A DNA stretch of 64,000 nt from Octopus sinensis (GCF_006345805.1 NC_043001.1:112778001-112842000); one strand, 5' to 3'. Shown: positions 12,406 to 25,605, numbered from the stretch's first letter. The notes: generated from the sequence alone by a model not told the origin. Numbers and translations are program-made.

Positions 12406-12625
12406 TATTTCACTACTGCCCACAAGGGGCTAAACACAGAGGGGACAAATGGATTATGTCGATTACATCGACCCCAGGGCGTAACTGGTACTTAGTTTAT
12501 CAACCCAGAAAGGATGAAAGGCAAAGTCGACCTCGGTGGAATTTGAACTCAGAACGTAACGGCAGATGAAATACGGCTACGCATTTCGCCCGGCGTGCTA
12601 ACGAGTCTGCCAGCTCGCCGCCTTG
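12406..12625 (-). mobile_element. SINE family B with 16-bp TSD
   Basis: CGTTTTTCAAATTATG occurs at 12390-12405 and 12626-12641. Confidence 0.9.
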
Positions 12626-12865
12626 CGTTTTTCAAATTATGGGTTCCTTATTCCATGTCCTCATGATTAGAACTCCTTTCGCTATAGGTCTGCTGGATCA
12701 GGGCTGAGCTCAACAAAAATATTGATTAATTAACATAAAACTAAGGTAGCCACCATCAGAAGATTGCTGTTTACAAACGATACAGAAGTTGTTGACATAG
12801 AAAGAAGCAGGAGGAAAATGAGGTTTGATATTCATATCTTTGTAAATGTCATCAGCTATATTTAA

Positions 12866-13087
12866 CCCTTTTGTTACCAACCCTGCCAAAACCGGCTCTG
12901 GCTCTGTAGTACAAATGTCTTGTTTTCATAAGTTTTTCATTAAAATCTTCCACCAAACCTTAGTCGCAATTTAGGTTCCTAATTGCTAGTTTAATGATAA
13001 TTAAATTATTTTACTAAATTCTTTGTTATATTTAAAATAATTGAAAGAAACACAGAGCATCTCAAAATAAATACAGTAACGAAAGGG
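12866..13087 (+). mobile_element. piggyBac-like MITE, family P1
   Basis: TTAA|CCCTTTTGTTAC...GTAACGAAAGGG|TTAA. Four copies in the window. Confidence 0.85.
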
Positions 13088-13468
13088 TTAAGTAAAATAG
13101 TTCCACTGAGATTTGAAATCAGATTGTGGACATAGTTCTCTCAGAAAACTTTCTTCATGTTTTGTATTGTACATGAATATATATGAATACAAAGCATATC
13201 TTTAGTAAGGTTACATGCATACTTAGATGTGTTTACACACACATACATGTATATATACTCAAACAATAATACATAAATACATATAAACATGCGTACATAC
13301 AAATGCTGTTGTCAGAGAATATATAAATCTAAAATATTGTAATCTAAAAGAATGAAATGTATAAAAAAATATCTATTTATCATTATGTATATATATAAAA
13401 TGGACAAAATGGACAAAATCAAAAGCAAACTCGATGAACATTAATGGAATTTGTAGCTTTGTGGTACC

Positions 13469-13795
13469 AGTGCCGGTGGCACATACGAATACCATCCGAA
13501 CGTGGCCGTAGCCAGTACCGCATTGACAGGCCTCCATGCCGGTGGCACGTAAAAAACACCATCCAAGCATGGCCGTTCGCCAGCCTCGTCTGGCACCTGT
13601 GTCGGTGGCACGTAAAAAACACCCACTACACTCACGGAGTGTTGGCGTTAGGAAGGCATCCAGCTGTAGAAACACTGCCAAATCTGACTGGCCTGGTGCA
13701 GCCTTCGGGCTTCCCAGACCCCAGTTGAACCGCTCCAACCCATGCTAGCATGGAAAGTGGACGTTAAACGTGATGATGATGATGATGATGATGAT
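13469..13795 (+). mobile_element. Family D retroposon (3 hairpin monomers + tail + (GAT)n)
   Basis: Three GTGCCGGTGGCAC-type units followed by the conserved tail. Confidence 0.85.
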
Positions 13796-14236
13796 ATATT
13801 ATATATATATATTATATATATATATATAATATATATATTACATATCATTGAGCCCACCAAATACGAGCACTGAACTTACAGCTTACACTATATGCATTGC
13901 ATTGATGTATGTTTGTAATGTTCTTAAATCAATCTCTCTCTCTCTCTCCCTCACACACACACACACATTGTCTGTGCTTATATTTTGATGAATTTGTCAT
14001 AGTGTAAGTAGTCCAACTGATTTCGTGGTGGTGTGTATATGGATAAAATATTAATATGGATGGTATCACCAGCATCGTTATCATCCCTGCTATCATAATG
14101 ATAATGAAGAAATCAATTGAGCGAACTCTCTAGAAACAATTCCTGCCTACCTCCCTATTTCTATCCGAAGAGCCCTGACATACAATGCAACCTTCAAAAG
14201 CTCCATTAGAATAAGTAATGATTTTATAAGAACATT

Positions 14237-14309
<73 letters not shown>

Positions 14310-15202
14310 GTGTGATGGTGATGATGATGAGAGCTGTTTGGGTATTCATTAACAAATCGAAAACCAGTCACCAAGTGAAAGGTATTGTAATCTGTGACTC
14401 ATCTCTCTCTCTCTCTCTCTTGCTCTCTTCTCTCGCAATTTCCTTGCTTCTCTTTCTCACTCTAAATTCTCATCTCTTTTCTTGATCCCTCATCGCACAC
14501 ACTCTCTCCCTCCCTCTCTCTCTCTCTCCTCCTCCTCCTCCTCCTCACCCCAATACCCAGTAAGAAACAGGTTAAGGATTAACAAAGTGATCAGCCATAA
14601 AACATTGTTTCCATCAATAATCCATCCTGGTTACCAACTTTCAGTGTTTTTACCTTTATGTATGATGAATAATTCCTTTTTTCTATCATTGCTTCCTTCT
14701 TTTTTTTTTTTCTTTTTTCATCTATGTGGGCGTGGATGCATATTCTTAGATCAATACAGTCATCAATCTGATTGGTTGATTGATTTCATCACTTGCTTAA
14801 TTTAACATGAACTTTTGTTGTTGATGCGGTTTTTGTTGTTTAGTTTCGCTGTTGTTTTCAGTAGTTGTGGTTGTTGTTGGCTTATATATATTCCAGTGAT
14901 GAAACATCTATGAATGAGTTAAAACCGAGAAACTACTGGCTTATTTATTAGTAGGAGGTTATGTGACGTGTAGTAGGTCTGCTCTTCAAACATTACGTTT
15001 CTCCTTTCCTCTTTCTCAGGGTGCGTTTTTTAATACACGTGTCTAAATGTGTTGTGTGTCAATGCTGACATACATTCAAAATGACAAATGCAATTCATAA
15101 TACTGATGGATATCACTGATATAGATATGAGTAATGAATTTTTAGAGTACGAGATCTTAATTAAAAAAAAAAAAAAAAAAAAAAAAAGAAAGAAAGAAAA
15201 AG

Positions 15203-15636
15203 AGGCGCAGGAGTGGCTGTGTGGTAAGTAGCTTGCTAACCAACCACATGGTTCCGGGTTCAGTCCCACTGCGTGGCATCTTGGGCACAAATGTCTTCTG
15301 CTATAGCCTCGGGCCGAGCAAAGCCTTGTGAGTGGATTTGGTAGACGGAAACTGAAAGAAGCCTGTCGTATATATGTATATATATATATATGTGTATGTG
15401 TGTGTATATGTTTGTGCGTCTGTGTTTGTCCCTCTAGCATTGCTTGACAACCGATGCCAGTGTGTTTACGTCCCCGTCACTTAGCGGTTCGGCAAAAGAG
15501 ACTGATAGAATAAGTACTGGGCTTACAAAGAATAAGTCCCAGGGTCGATTTGCTCGACTAAAGGCGGTGCTCCAGCATGGCCACAGTCAAATGACTGAAA
15601 CAAGTAAAAAAATAGTAAAAGAAAGAGTAAAGAGAG
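15203..15636 (+). mobile_element. SINE family A
   Basis: Full copy. Confidence 0.9.
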
Positions 15637-16490
15637 ACAAATCTTTTGAAAAGATTTTAGCTATCTCATCACAAAGCATAAAAGTCTTGAATTAATTTAG
15701 AAACAGCTTCTTTAAGAACAAAATAAATCTCAAGAGATACAAAGATATGGTACTTTTATCTTTGTCAGAGGTGCGAAATTTGTAGGTTGTCTCCATTTAC
15801 GAAATTTTCTTCCTACTTAATGAAACGTTCAGATTCTTCTGTTGCACGTTTGTGCATTTTAACCACCATTATTCTGTAACAGTTGAGCTTAAAATGAGAA
15901 ATTAGATTACGCAGAGATGGTTTTTTTTTTTTTTTTTTTGGTTTTCTAAAAGCTGTAATGTAATTATTAAGCTAAGTATTGGAAGCTCAGTGTGTATAAT
16001 ATTTATTTGAGTCTCTCTAGTTCATTGCACCTGTTTATTCATCACCTATTCTATCATTTTGTAAGCTATGATTTTATAGCAGAAGGTTTCTTCCAAATTT
16101 TCATATATTTATAACTAGAGAATTTTTAGAAACTTTCTTCTCTTATATATATAATTATTCAACATTTCAAATATGCACCTGTTTCTAAATATTTTCAAAG
16201 AATTATGTAAATCTGTATAGTATTATTTTATTGCAAAACTATTAAACACACACACAAAGAAACACATAAGGAAACTTGTTTACAAGTTTCCTAGTTATTT
16301 AATAGGTGTGTATGTGTTTACAAGAGTTTCTTTAAATGGAAAAATGTTGAGTTGATTTATTAAACTGTAATACATTATTGGTATTTTATCTTTTTTCTGT
16401 TCCTGAGATAAAGAGAGAAATATGAAAAATGATGTTAATCTTAGCATGATTGCCATCTTGAAAACAAAAACAGATGATACAAAATTTAGA

Positions 16491-16905
16491 TACTCTTTTT
16501 TTTACTCTTTTTACTTGTTTCAGTCATTTGACTGCGGCCATGCTGGAGCACCGCCTTTAATCGAACAACTCGACCCCGGGACTTATTCTTTTGTAAGCCC
16601 TGTACTTATTCTATCGGTCTCTTTTGCCGAACCGCTAAGTAACGGGGACATAAACATACCAGCATCGGTTGTCAAGCAATGCTAGGGGGACAAACACAGA
16701 CACACAAACACACATACGCATATATATATATATACATATATACGACAGGCTTCTTTCAGTTTCCGTCTACCAAATCCACTCACAAGGCTTTGGTCGGCCC
16801 GAGGCTATAGTAGAAGACACTTGCCCAAGGTGCCACGCAGTGGGACTGAACCCGGAACCATGTGGTTGGTTAGCAAGCTACTTACCACACAGCCACTCCT
16901 GCGCC
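16491..16905 (-). mobile_element. SINE family A
   Basis: Full, low-divergence copy. Confidence 0.9.
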
Positions 16906-17931
16906 ATACTGTTAAAGATTCCCTACTAATTTGTAACACCTTATTAGACTAAATATGTAGATATCGTTAAAATTTTAATACATATTTTGGGCGTAAGGAA
17001 CAATTGAGTAAATTAGTTCTATTATTCAGCTGGTAATTTATTATATTAACCCTGGAAAGACGGAGGGCAAAGTTAGATAAACTTTGGTGAGATTTGTGCT
17101 CAGAACATATTGGCTTAAAAATGCTATATAGATATTGCTTAAATTAGTAAGTTAGTGGGTAAAAATAAAAAAAATATTGGTTTCAAATTTGGGCACAAGT
17201 TCACCAATTTCAGGGAAGGGGTTAAGATGATTGCATTGACTCCAGTGTTCGACTGGTACTTATTTTATTGACCCCTTAGAGATGAAAGGCAAAGTCAACT
17301 TTGGTGGAATTTGAGCTCAAAGAAGACAACCTTATTTAACTGGAAATAAGTGTTTTTCTCTCTTCATACTTGAATTATTGCTGTTTAGCTCCAGGTCAAC
17401 TGCTCGAGTAGGCCTATGGTCAATTACAATCCAGTCTTGACCATCTCATCTCCTTAGGTGTCTTTAATGCTTCATTTATTTTTTTTATAATTGTAAGGTG
17501 TGCTTTGAAGGGATTAAGCTACCATTTTTTTTGCAGTTCAGGCAACCCTGTGTAGGCACCCTCATTAGCAGTAGCAAATCTCTTGAATAAATAAGCATGG
17601 TTTTAAGTTTACAAATATCATTTCTCAAATTAAGTAAGATGAAATCCTACAGATATTACTTGTGGTTATGGTTTCTTGGATTTTGGAAGTGTGAGTGACA
17701 TAACAGCAATATTAAAAGATGTTGGAAGAAAGAAGAGAAAAATTTCTTCAGAATGCGCTGGTAGTACATGGTATATATAAAGAAAGAGAGAGCCAAGAAA
17801 TGTGAGAGAAGGGGAGCAAGAAAAAAGAAGAAAAATGATAAGGGGATTAAAAGATAGAGTAAGAGTTGTACAAAATTTAGATACATACCTACTATAAGGT
17901 GAGCACAAGAGTGTACGTATGCCACTATATG

Positions 17932-17965
<34 letters not shown>

Positions 17966-18129
17966 AAAATGGGGCAAAAATGCAATAGAGGACATTAAAA
18001 CATTTGGACAGATAGATGATACAAAGGTAGACAAGAGAAACGCCAATTAGAAGGACAGGCAAAAAAAGAACATTTCGGGCAGTTACACTTGAGATAGTTC
18101 AATCTGGTTGCCCACCAAAACGTTGAAGC

Positions 18130-18296
18130 ATATATACATATATATATATATATATATCCATAACCCCTAACGTACTTGATGTTATATATATATATGAAAT
18201 ATGTATATATATATATATATATATATAGATATATATATATATGAAATATATATATATCTATAATATGTATATATATATGAAATATGTATATATATA

Positions 18297-18329
<33 letters not shown>

Positions 18330-18353
18330 ACATATATAGATAAGTGTATATAT

Positions 18354-18450
<97 letters not shown>
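18130..18450. repeat. (TA)n-rich array (further blocks at 18780-19035, 42140-42390 and 50400-50790)
   Basis: Direct inspection. Source of the Tyr-Ile ORFs. Confidence 0.95.
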
Positions 18451-18452
<2 letters not shown>

Positions 18453-18454
18453 TA

Positions 18455-18779
18455 TGAGGAGGAGACCCCCTTCGCTCATGAATGACCATGGGATTGCACC
18501 TAGAAAGTAACCCTCCGAGGCACAAGTCTGTGCAAGGTTGTTTGTGGAAGGTCAGCATACTAGCCTCCCCTCCCCACCCCACTGATGTTATCCAAGAGAA
18601 AGGCAAAGACCAATACAGCTTGGCACCCGTGACGTCGCAACTCATTTCTACAGCTGAGTGAACTGGAGCAACGGGAAATAAAGTGTCTTGAACACAGCAC
18701 GCAGCCCAGTCCAGGAATTGAACTCACAACGTCACGATTGTAAGCTTGACGCCCTAACCACTGAGCTATGTGCTTTCAC
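18455..18779 (-). mobile_element. tRNA-derived SINE, head E with tail Y
   Basis: The 5' head (to ~18645 on the minus strand) matches the head of 55941-56261, but the 3' part (...CTTTCTAGGTGCAATCCCATGGTCATTCATGAGCGAAGGGGGTCTCC) is different. Confidence 0.75.
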
Positions 18780-18872
18780 ATATAACATATGATATGTATA
18801 ATATATATATATATATATCTTATATATATGTATATATATGTATAATATATATATATATATATATATCTTATA

Positions 18873-18913
<41 letters not shown>

Positions 18914-18998
18914 ATATATATATATATATGAAATATATATATATATATATATATATCATCATCATCATCATATATATATATACATATATACATATATG

Positions 18999-19032
<34 letters not shown>

Positions 19033-21954
19033 TACACTAGCAAGATATCACAAATGTGTGATTTTGAGGACATATTTTTATATCTGTTTTCTGACATATG
19101 GCTTGTAAAATGGGTTTTGAGTTTAGATAGTGCAAGACATTTGTGTGTGCATATATACTTATGTATGTATGTATGTATGTATATGTATACATATATATAT
19201 ATATATAGTGTGTGTGTATATGAATGTAAAGTATATTTATTTAGTAATGGGACATCCACATGATACCTCAACCTACTTGAAACCTACCATCTTAAGACAG
19301 GAAAGCTACATTTTATATGGTTCTGGGTGTATACTTTCAGGATGAAAAAAAAAAGTGCATAGGGATCATCATCTGAATACCTTTGATGATAGGTTTACAC
19401 AATCAGGTTGATGTGGTAGGTAAGGGTTAAACAATAACAAGATGCTGCAGTAACTTTGAACTTGCAGCCTGTAAGCCAGTAAGTAAACCAATATCTTGTC
19501 CTTGTGAACATTTTACTTCTACTGTTGGAGGTCTTTACTATGTAAACATCAAGTGCCACAATTTCTCAATGAATTAGAAACTGTAACATGCTTGATGAAA
19601 AGAAGGGCATCCAACTGTAAAAATAAAACATGTCAAGAACATGAGGTACACGGCAAAGATAACTGGTTTCCCTATGGTTGTGTGCTTCAGATAACAAAGG
19701 ACCACAAAGAGCGGTGCTGCACTTAAAACTCATCAGAATAAATAATAATAATAAAAAAAACCTCCAAAGAAACAAAAACATGTAAATCAAGATGATGAAT
19801 TGGCTTATAAAAACTATAGCTGTCTTATATTAGAATCCCACGGATTGTTGGCTCCACATATTCAGACAAGAAAATTTTATTTGCTAGTTTGTTAATTTCC
19901 GTAACACTTCATGGACCTTTAGTTAGTGGTCCTAAAGTACAGCACTAGTCTTGTTGTTTATGTAATCTTTTACCATGATGTTCAACCGTTATTCTTGTTG
20001 AATATGTGGGTGTATACTAACTAATATTCTTCATTTCTAAAGGTTGAATATATTCTAGATCTAACCATATTTTTGCTGTAAGTATGTATGTATGTATGTA
20101 TGTATGTATGTATGTATGTATATTTGTTGGCATATTGTGTGTACATATTTGCACACAAATATTAAAGACTAGCTAATCAAACAAAAACAAATTATGAATG
20201 CATATGAGGACAATAATTAGAGAATTAATGATAGTGATCATTATCATTATTTTTTCATAATTGTTGCTTTTTGGCATGAATCATATTGTCTTGAGGATAA
20301 TTTATACATGCAAGTTCATTCAAATCAGTGCACACTCACTCACATCATCCATAAATGGCTACACATACATACACACACACACACACATTATGTATATGTG
20401 TGTGTATGAGTATATTTGTATTTCAACACTTTATTCAATAAGATATATATTTAGATTTCGGAACCAAATTTTCTATTAAGAGAAAGAATCCTTGTATAAA
20501 ACTTGGAAGTAGTTTTACATACCACAAGGGCCCACTTATAGATCTTCCTCCCTCTTATCTTGATTTGTCAGGTGAATCACAATAGAATAAAAACTAACCA
20601 ACTCAAGGTCTTTTTATAATTGATTTCTGCTCCCAAGGCTCCCTTTTCTATAATTGATTTTAACACCCCTTTAAGGTTCTCTTTCATTTATATGTTTATG
20701 CTATATAGAAAATGGTAGTTCTTAATATAATTGTGTTTTCATAGCCAGTTACTGCTGCACACTCTACCATCAACAGTTGTGATGTGGGGGACGGGGGGGG
20801 GGTGTAGGGGTTAGAGGTAAAGATAACGAAAGCAGTGGAAAAGAAAACAATAACAAAAGCAACAAAACAGCACCTACTGGATGGAGCGAGAACAACAATA
20901 AATCGTCCTTTCAATTTACTCTCCTTCTGAATTGCCCCAATCAATAACCAATAATCAATAGGATTACTAGGTATTCACACTTCGAAATAATAGTTCTTGC
21001 TCCCGTGGCCCAACATGTCTTGGAGGCCACACGAGTGGATAGTGGTGGTAAGTAGGAGGAGGAGGAGGAGGAGATAAAATGTGTTTGTGCATGTTCATGT
21101 TTGAATGCATCTATATACTTGCATGGGTGCTTGAATGTGTATTATTGTGTATGTGAATGTGTGTGTGTGTGTGTGTGTGTGTGTTTGTTTTTGTTTGGGT
21201 GAATGTGTGTGTGTGTGTGTGTTTCTGTTTTGGTGAACATGTGTGTTTGCTTGTGTATGAGGAAGAAACAGAAAGAAAATATGAGAACTAGTTTGTTTGA
21301 ATGAGGAAGGGAATTTAAAAGGAGAGAAATAAAAACAAGCTATAAAAAGGCAGGTGTAAAGTTTTTTGTAATCTAAACACTGTTGTTATAAACACTTTGG
21401 GGGTACATTGAGATGTGAGATAACTAATAATTTTTTTGAGATATCAGAGGTGAAGAGTGAGTTTATGAAAAAGGTAGATTGGCAAAAAAGAAGGAGTTGG
21501 GGGAATAAGATGGAAAACAAACAAAGGAATGGGAAAGAACAGATAAAAATTGTTGGAGAGAGGGAAAAGAAATGAAATGGAGAGGAAAGGAAAGAAAGAA
21601 TAACTGTGAAATTGAGAGGCTGTTGAATGAAAAAAAAGTGGAAGGAAAACAAGAAAGAAAGTGCAGAAAAGAAATTAGCTAAAAAATAGATTTAGAAAAA
21701 TTATTAAGGAAAAGTGAACTTAGGGTTTGTTATTGGGTATATAGTTTATTGTGACAGAGAATTAGAAAGAAGATAGACCATTGAATGAATTGGGCAAAAG
21801 ACCATTGAATGAATTGGGCAAAGCCAACAAAGAACATGGTAAAATGAAAAAAAAAAAGGATTGCTTTAATTGAAAGAAAGGAAGAATTCTGGAAATTGGT
21901 TAGTGTAAGAGGAAAGAACTTTGGTTCAATATTATAATCTTCATTGAAACTTAA

Positions 21955-22175
21955 CCCTTTCGTTACCAACCCGGCCGAAACCGGCTCTAGTTCTAAGAAC
22001 AGATATCTTGTTTTCATAAGTTTTGAATTTAAAATCTTCCACCAAGCCTTAGTCACAATTTATGTTCCTAACACTAGCTGAATGATAACTAAGTTATTTT
22101 ATTAAATTCTTTGTTATATTTAAAGTAATTGAAAGAAACACAGAACATCTCAAATTAAATACAGTAACAAAAGGG
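21955..22175 (+). mobile_element. piggyBac-like MITE P1
   Basis: TTAA|CCCTTTCGTTAC...GTAACAAAAGGG|TTAA. Confidence 0.85.
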
Positions 22176-22465
22176 TTAATCCTTTATACTTGTAGTTGTG
22201 ATTGCTTTGGCAGTGGTGCTCCTACATAAATTCTTGAGAGTTATTTTTATTCTTTATTCCATTCTTCCTTCCATTTTGCTTGTGTCAACTTCACTTTTGA
22301 TCTTTCCTGGTTAATAAAATAATCTAGGAGTTTCAGTTATGCAGTCCCATAGAAACCAATCTTAACAAATGCAGTAGACTGGTTGTTGAATTAAATAGCA
22401 CCCAGGACCTAGTTCTGTATCTTGAAGGTTCAAATCCTAATACATCGTCTTTCCATTTATCTGTG

Positions 22466-22707
22466 AAAGGTAGGAGAGTCCAGTTTGCTGGACATTGTTG
22501 TAGAGCTGAAAAAGAAGTAATTTCTACTCTTCTCCTCTGGAAGCCATCTACTCGCAATACCAGAGGGCGCACATTCTCCTACCCTGATGTAATCTCCAGG
22601 GATACAGGCATCCAGCAACAGGACCTCTGTAATGCTATGATGGACCATGAAGTCTGGCGTAGCATAGTAAATTCCATTGTCTCGACCACGGTTGAACAAT
22701 GATGATG
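22466..22707 (+). mobile_element. 5'-truncated RTE-like LINE 3' end
   Basis: The peptide KGRRVQFAGHCCR...LLLWKP...RGRTFSYPDVISRDTG...AMMDHEVWRSIV resembles the C-terminus of non-LTR RT ORFs. (TGA)n tail; 11-bp TSD ATTTATCTGTG at 22455-22465 and 22708-22718. Confidence 0.85.
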
Positions 22708-23524
22708 ATTTATCTGTGGTGAACAAAACCATTCTTGTTCTGGAATAGATTTTTGTCATCTATATACCTCACAACTTTGTGAACACCATTCTATTATGAG
22801 ACATCGTTAATTACTAATTTGGATTAAGGTGGATATTACTGAATAGTGGTAACTTTCTAACAAATATTCCAAACCTTGTTTCAATTCCCATATGGAACTT
22901 TCTGACTTCAATGTAACATTGTTGTTATTGTGAAAGGATTGCATATTTCAATTTCCCTATACCTCTCCTTATCTACGAAGATTTTCAGTTTCATTTAATG
23001 AGGATATACTGAAAACGAGAATACTGCATACAGTTTGATACCTCATATTTCTGTATTCAACTTTGCCCGTTATCCTCCAGAGATCAATTTAAATCGACTG
23101 TATTGAATTATCTAGATGTCCGTTACTTTTATCATCATCGTCATGATTATCAGCAACAGTATCTAAGATTTAACAATTATTTTCATTGCTCTGGTGATCT
23201 GGAGAAATTTACAAACTGGTCTCTCTTTCTCTCACACACACTTCTTATTTTCTCAAATTTCTATACACTCCTCATTCTGTCTGTCATTTCATTGTTAAGC
23301 TTCAACTTTCTATGGTCTCTCTCTCTCATTAAGTTCACTTTACTAATCAAAGATTCAGTGAATGCTGGAAAACCTCCTTGACACTAAGGAATGATTCAAA
23401 TTTGTTCTCTTGCTTGTATTATGCACATAAGCCTAGCAATGAATATTGGTGAGACTGTAGAGTATACATCAAACTATCTTGTGGTAGTTGTCTTCTGTCA
23501 CCCCTGTCTTATTATATAGTTGCA

Positions 23525-23843
23525 GTGGAGGTGCAATGGCCCAGTGGTTAGGGCAGCGGACTCGCGGTCATAGGATCGCGGTTTCGATTCCCAGACCAGG
23601 CGTTGTGAGTGTTTATTAAGCGAAAACACCTAAAGCTCCACGAGGCTCCGGCAGGGGATGGTGGTGATCCCTGCTGTACTCTTTCACCACAACTTTCTCT
23701 CACTCTTACTTCCTGTTTCTGTTGTACCTGTATTTCATGTGTCTGTGGAGTGCTCAGCCACTTACACGTTAATTTCACGAGCAGGCTGTTCTGTCGATCG
23801 GATCAAACGGAACCCTCGTCGTCGTAACCGACGGAGTGCTTCC
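23525..23843 (+). mobile_element. SINE family C with an internal deletion of ~70 bp
   Basis: tRNA-like head TGGCCCAGTGG...GGTTTCGATTCCC; TSD ATATAGTTGCA; lacks the AAGGGCCGGCC...GGGTACAC segment present in the other copies. Confidence 0.9.
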
Positions 23844-23994
23844 CATATAGTTGCAAGACTTGGACACTGTCTGCGGCCCTTAGGAACCACCTAAACTCCT
23901 TTGGTACCAGGATACTTCACAGGATAATGGTACTGTTGGTCAGATTTTGTATCCAGTTGACAATTATACTCAGAAACTGGAATGTCTTGTTACT

Positions 23995-24235
23995 TGTAAG
24001 ATTCAGGAAGCATCAGATCAAACTGTTTGGTCATGTTACTCTATTTTCTGAGGATCCAGCTAGGGTTCCGGCTTGTGTTGGTTGGTCATATGCCACTTGG
24101 TCACAATGGATGAGGAAGTATCTTGCAAAGATGGGGACTGACCGGGACACTGCTCAGAAGGTTGCCTGGGACAACCCAAGCATATCCTGGCAAATGGTGG
24201 ATGAAGCAACACACTGCAATGGTGCATGACCCTAT
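23995..24235 (+). mobile_element. Degenerate LINE (RTE-like) 3' end
   Basis: The peptide RKHQIKLFGHV...DPAR...W...WQMVDEATHC resembles a non-LTR RT C-terminus. Confidence 0.45.
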
Positions 24236-24715
24236 TTCTGACTGAATCCAAGTTCAGATCTTGCTCTGGTCAACTTTGCTTAGCATCCTTTTATGGCTGA
24301 TAAAATAAGAACCACTCAAGACAAACTAGTGAAACAGTAAGTTGAGCATAAAGAGTTCAAGTGAGCTAAAAATATCATGAAAAACTTTCCTAACAGTTTT
24401 AAACAAAAATTAGTAAGATTTATACAATAGAACAAGATCTTGTATATGTGTCAAGGAGAGGGTGTATTTTTCATCTACTTAACAGAATTGAATGAGAATT
24501 GGCATTATGGGTCCTTGGCATAGATTTGGTTACTAGAATTAATAAACTAATATTGATCTACGGTTGGACTGGAAATAAAATGAATACTGTGAGGGGCTAC
24601 AAAATGTTAGTCTCTACTTTGTGTCTCAGTGCATTAACCTACAAGGAAAGAGGAATTTCTTTCAAGTCATAATACCATCTAAGAAAAAGGGAATAACACA
24701 AAGGGTGTCCTAGAT

Positions 24716-25128
24716 TAGTGTTTCTTAGCCCTTTTTTGTTCCATACCCTACTTAGATATCAAAAAAAAATTTGCATCATCACCATGAACAAAGTATAAGC
24801 ATATATTCTTTTCTACTTTAGGCACAAGGCCTGAAATTTTGGGGGAAGGGGCCAGTCGATTAGATTGACCCTAGTATGCAACAGGTACTTAATCTATCGA
24901 CCCCAAAAGGATGAAAGTGGAATTTGATCTCAAAACGTAAAGACAGATGAAATAGTGCTAAGCATTTCGCCTGGTGTGCTAACATTTCTGCCAGCTCACT
25001 GTCTTGTGTGTAGCATATATTTATTCAAAAAAACTTTTTTAATTAAAACTTTTAGTCAATTTTATCCACTTGTTATTAGCAACCATATGCCACCAAAATA
25101 TTTCCAATCCTCCTACCTAGAAAAACTG
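24716..25128. mobile_element. hAT-type MITE interrupted by a SINE B
   Basis: Perfect 8-bp TSD TCCTAGAT (24708-24715 and 25129-25136); termini TAGTGTTTCT and AGAAAAACTG. Confidence 0.65.
24808..25011 (-). mobile_element. Older SINE family B-like copy with TSD
   Basis: Diverged family B motifs flanked by AGCATATATT on both sides. Confidence 0.75.
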
Positions 25129-25265
25129 TCCTAGATACACTATGCCTGTAAAAAAAAAGCAAACCAAAAAGACAGGATAGCTATAGCTGGTATGTCTGAT
25201 CAAACCTAACCTGGGGCTAAACAACAACAATTTGGGGTTAGTAGCCCGCGCTCTTAACCACTATG

Positions 25266-25330
25266 GGCACATGGTGGTTAAGAGCGCGGGCCACCAACCC
25301 TAAGATTCCGAATTCAATTCCAGGCAGTGA

Positions 25331-25376
<46 letters not shown>
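25266..25376 (+). mobile_element. tRNA-like SINE head + (AAT)n, preceded by an inverted duplicate of the head
   Basis: GTGGTTAAGAGCGCGGGC...CCGAATTCAATTCC gives A-box-like and B-box-like motifs at tRNA spacing. 25234-25261 is its reverse complement with 2 mismatches. Confidence 0.65.
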
Positions 25377-25377
<1 letters not shown>

Positions 25378-25605
25378 TTTCTTTACTACCCACAAGGGGC
25401 TAAACATTGAGGGGACAAACAAGGACAGACAAACGGATTAAGTCAATTATATCAACCCCAGTGTGTAACTGGTACTTATTTAATCGACCCCGAAAGGATG
25501 AAAGGCAAAGTCGACCTTGGCAGAATTTGAACTCAGAACGTAACGGCAGACGAAATACGGCTACGCATTTCGCCCGGCGTGCTAACAATTCTGCCAGCTC
25601 GCCGC
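25377..25605 (-). mobile_element. SINE family B
   Basis: Full copy, inserted at the end of the (AAT)n tract. Confidence 0.9.

Noticed and set aside
12737-12800. KTKVATIRRLLFTNDTEVV, resembling an RTE RT 'LLFADD' motif
   Set aside because: Too short and degenerate, with no flanking RT motifs. Possibly an ancient LINE relic, but not supportable.
14894-14940. CCAGTGATGA...GAAACTACTGG as a C/D snoRNA or hammerhead
   Set aside because: No D box (CTGA) before the terminal stem; the hammerhead core lacks C3 and a convincing stem II.
18732-19271. Tyr/Ile-rich ORFs (also 41996-42463 and 50321-50912)
   Set aside because: Translations of (TA)n tracts.
20783-20812. G-quadruplex-prone G-run cluster
   Set aside because: The motif is present but isolated, homopolymer length is error-prone, and there is no functional context.
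23525-23600. tRNA gene calls for the SINE heads (families A, B, C and E)
   Set aside because: They lack a complete cloverleaf or acceptor stem and run into SINE bodies with TSDs.
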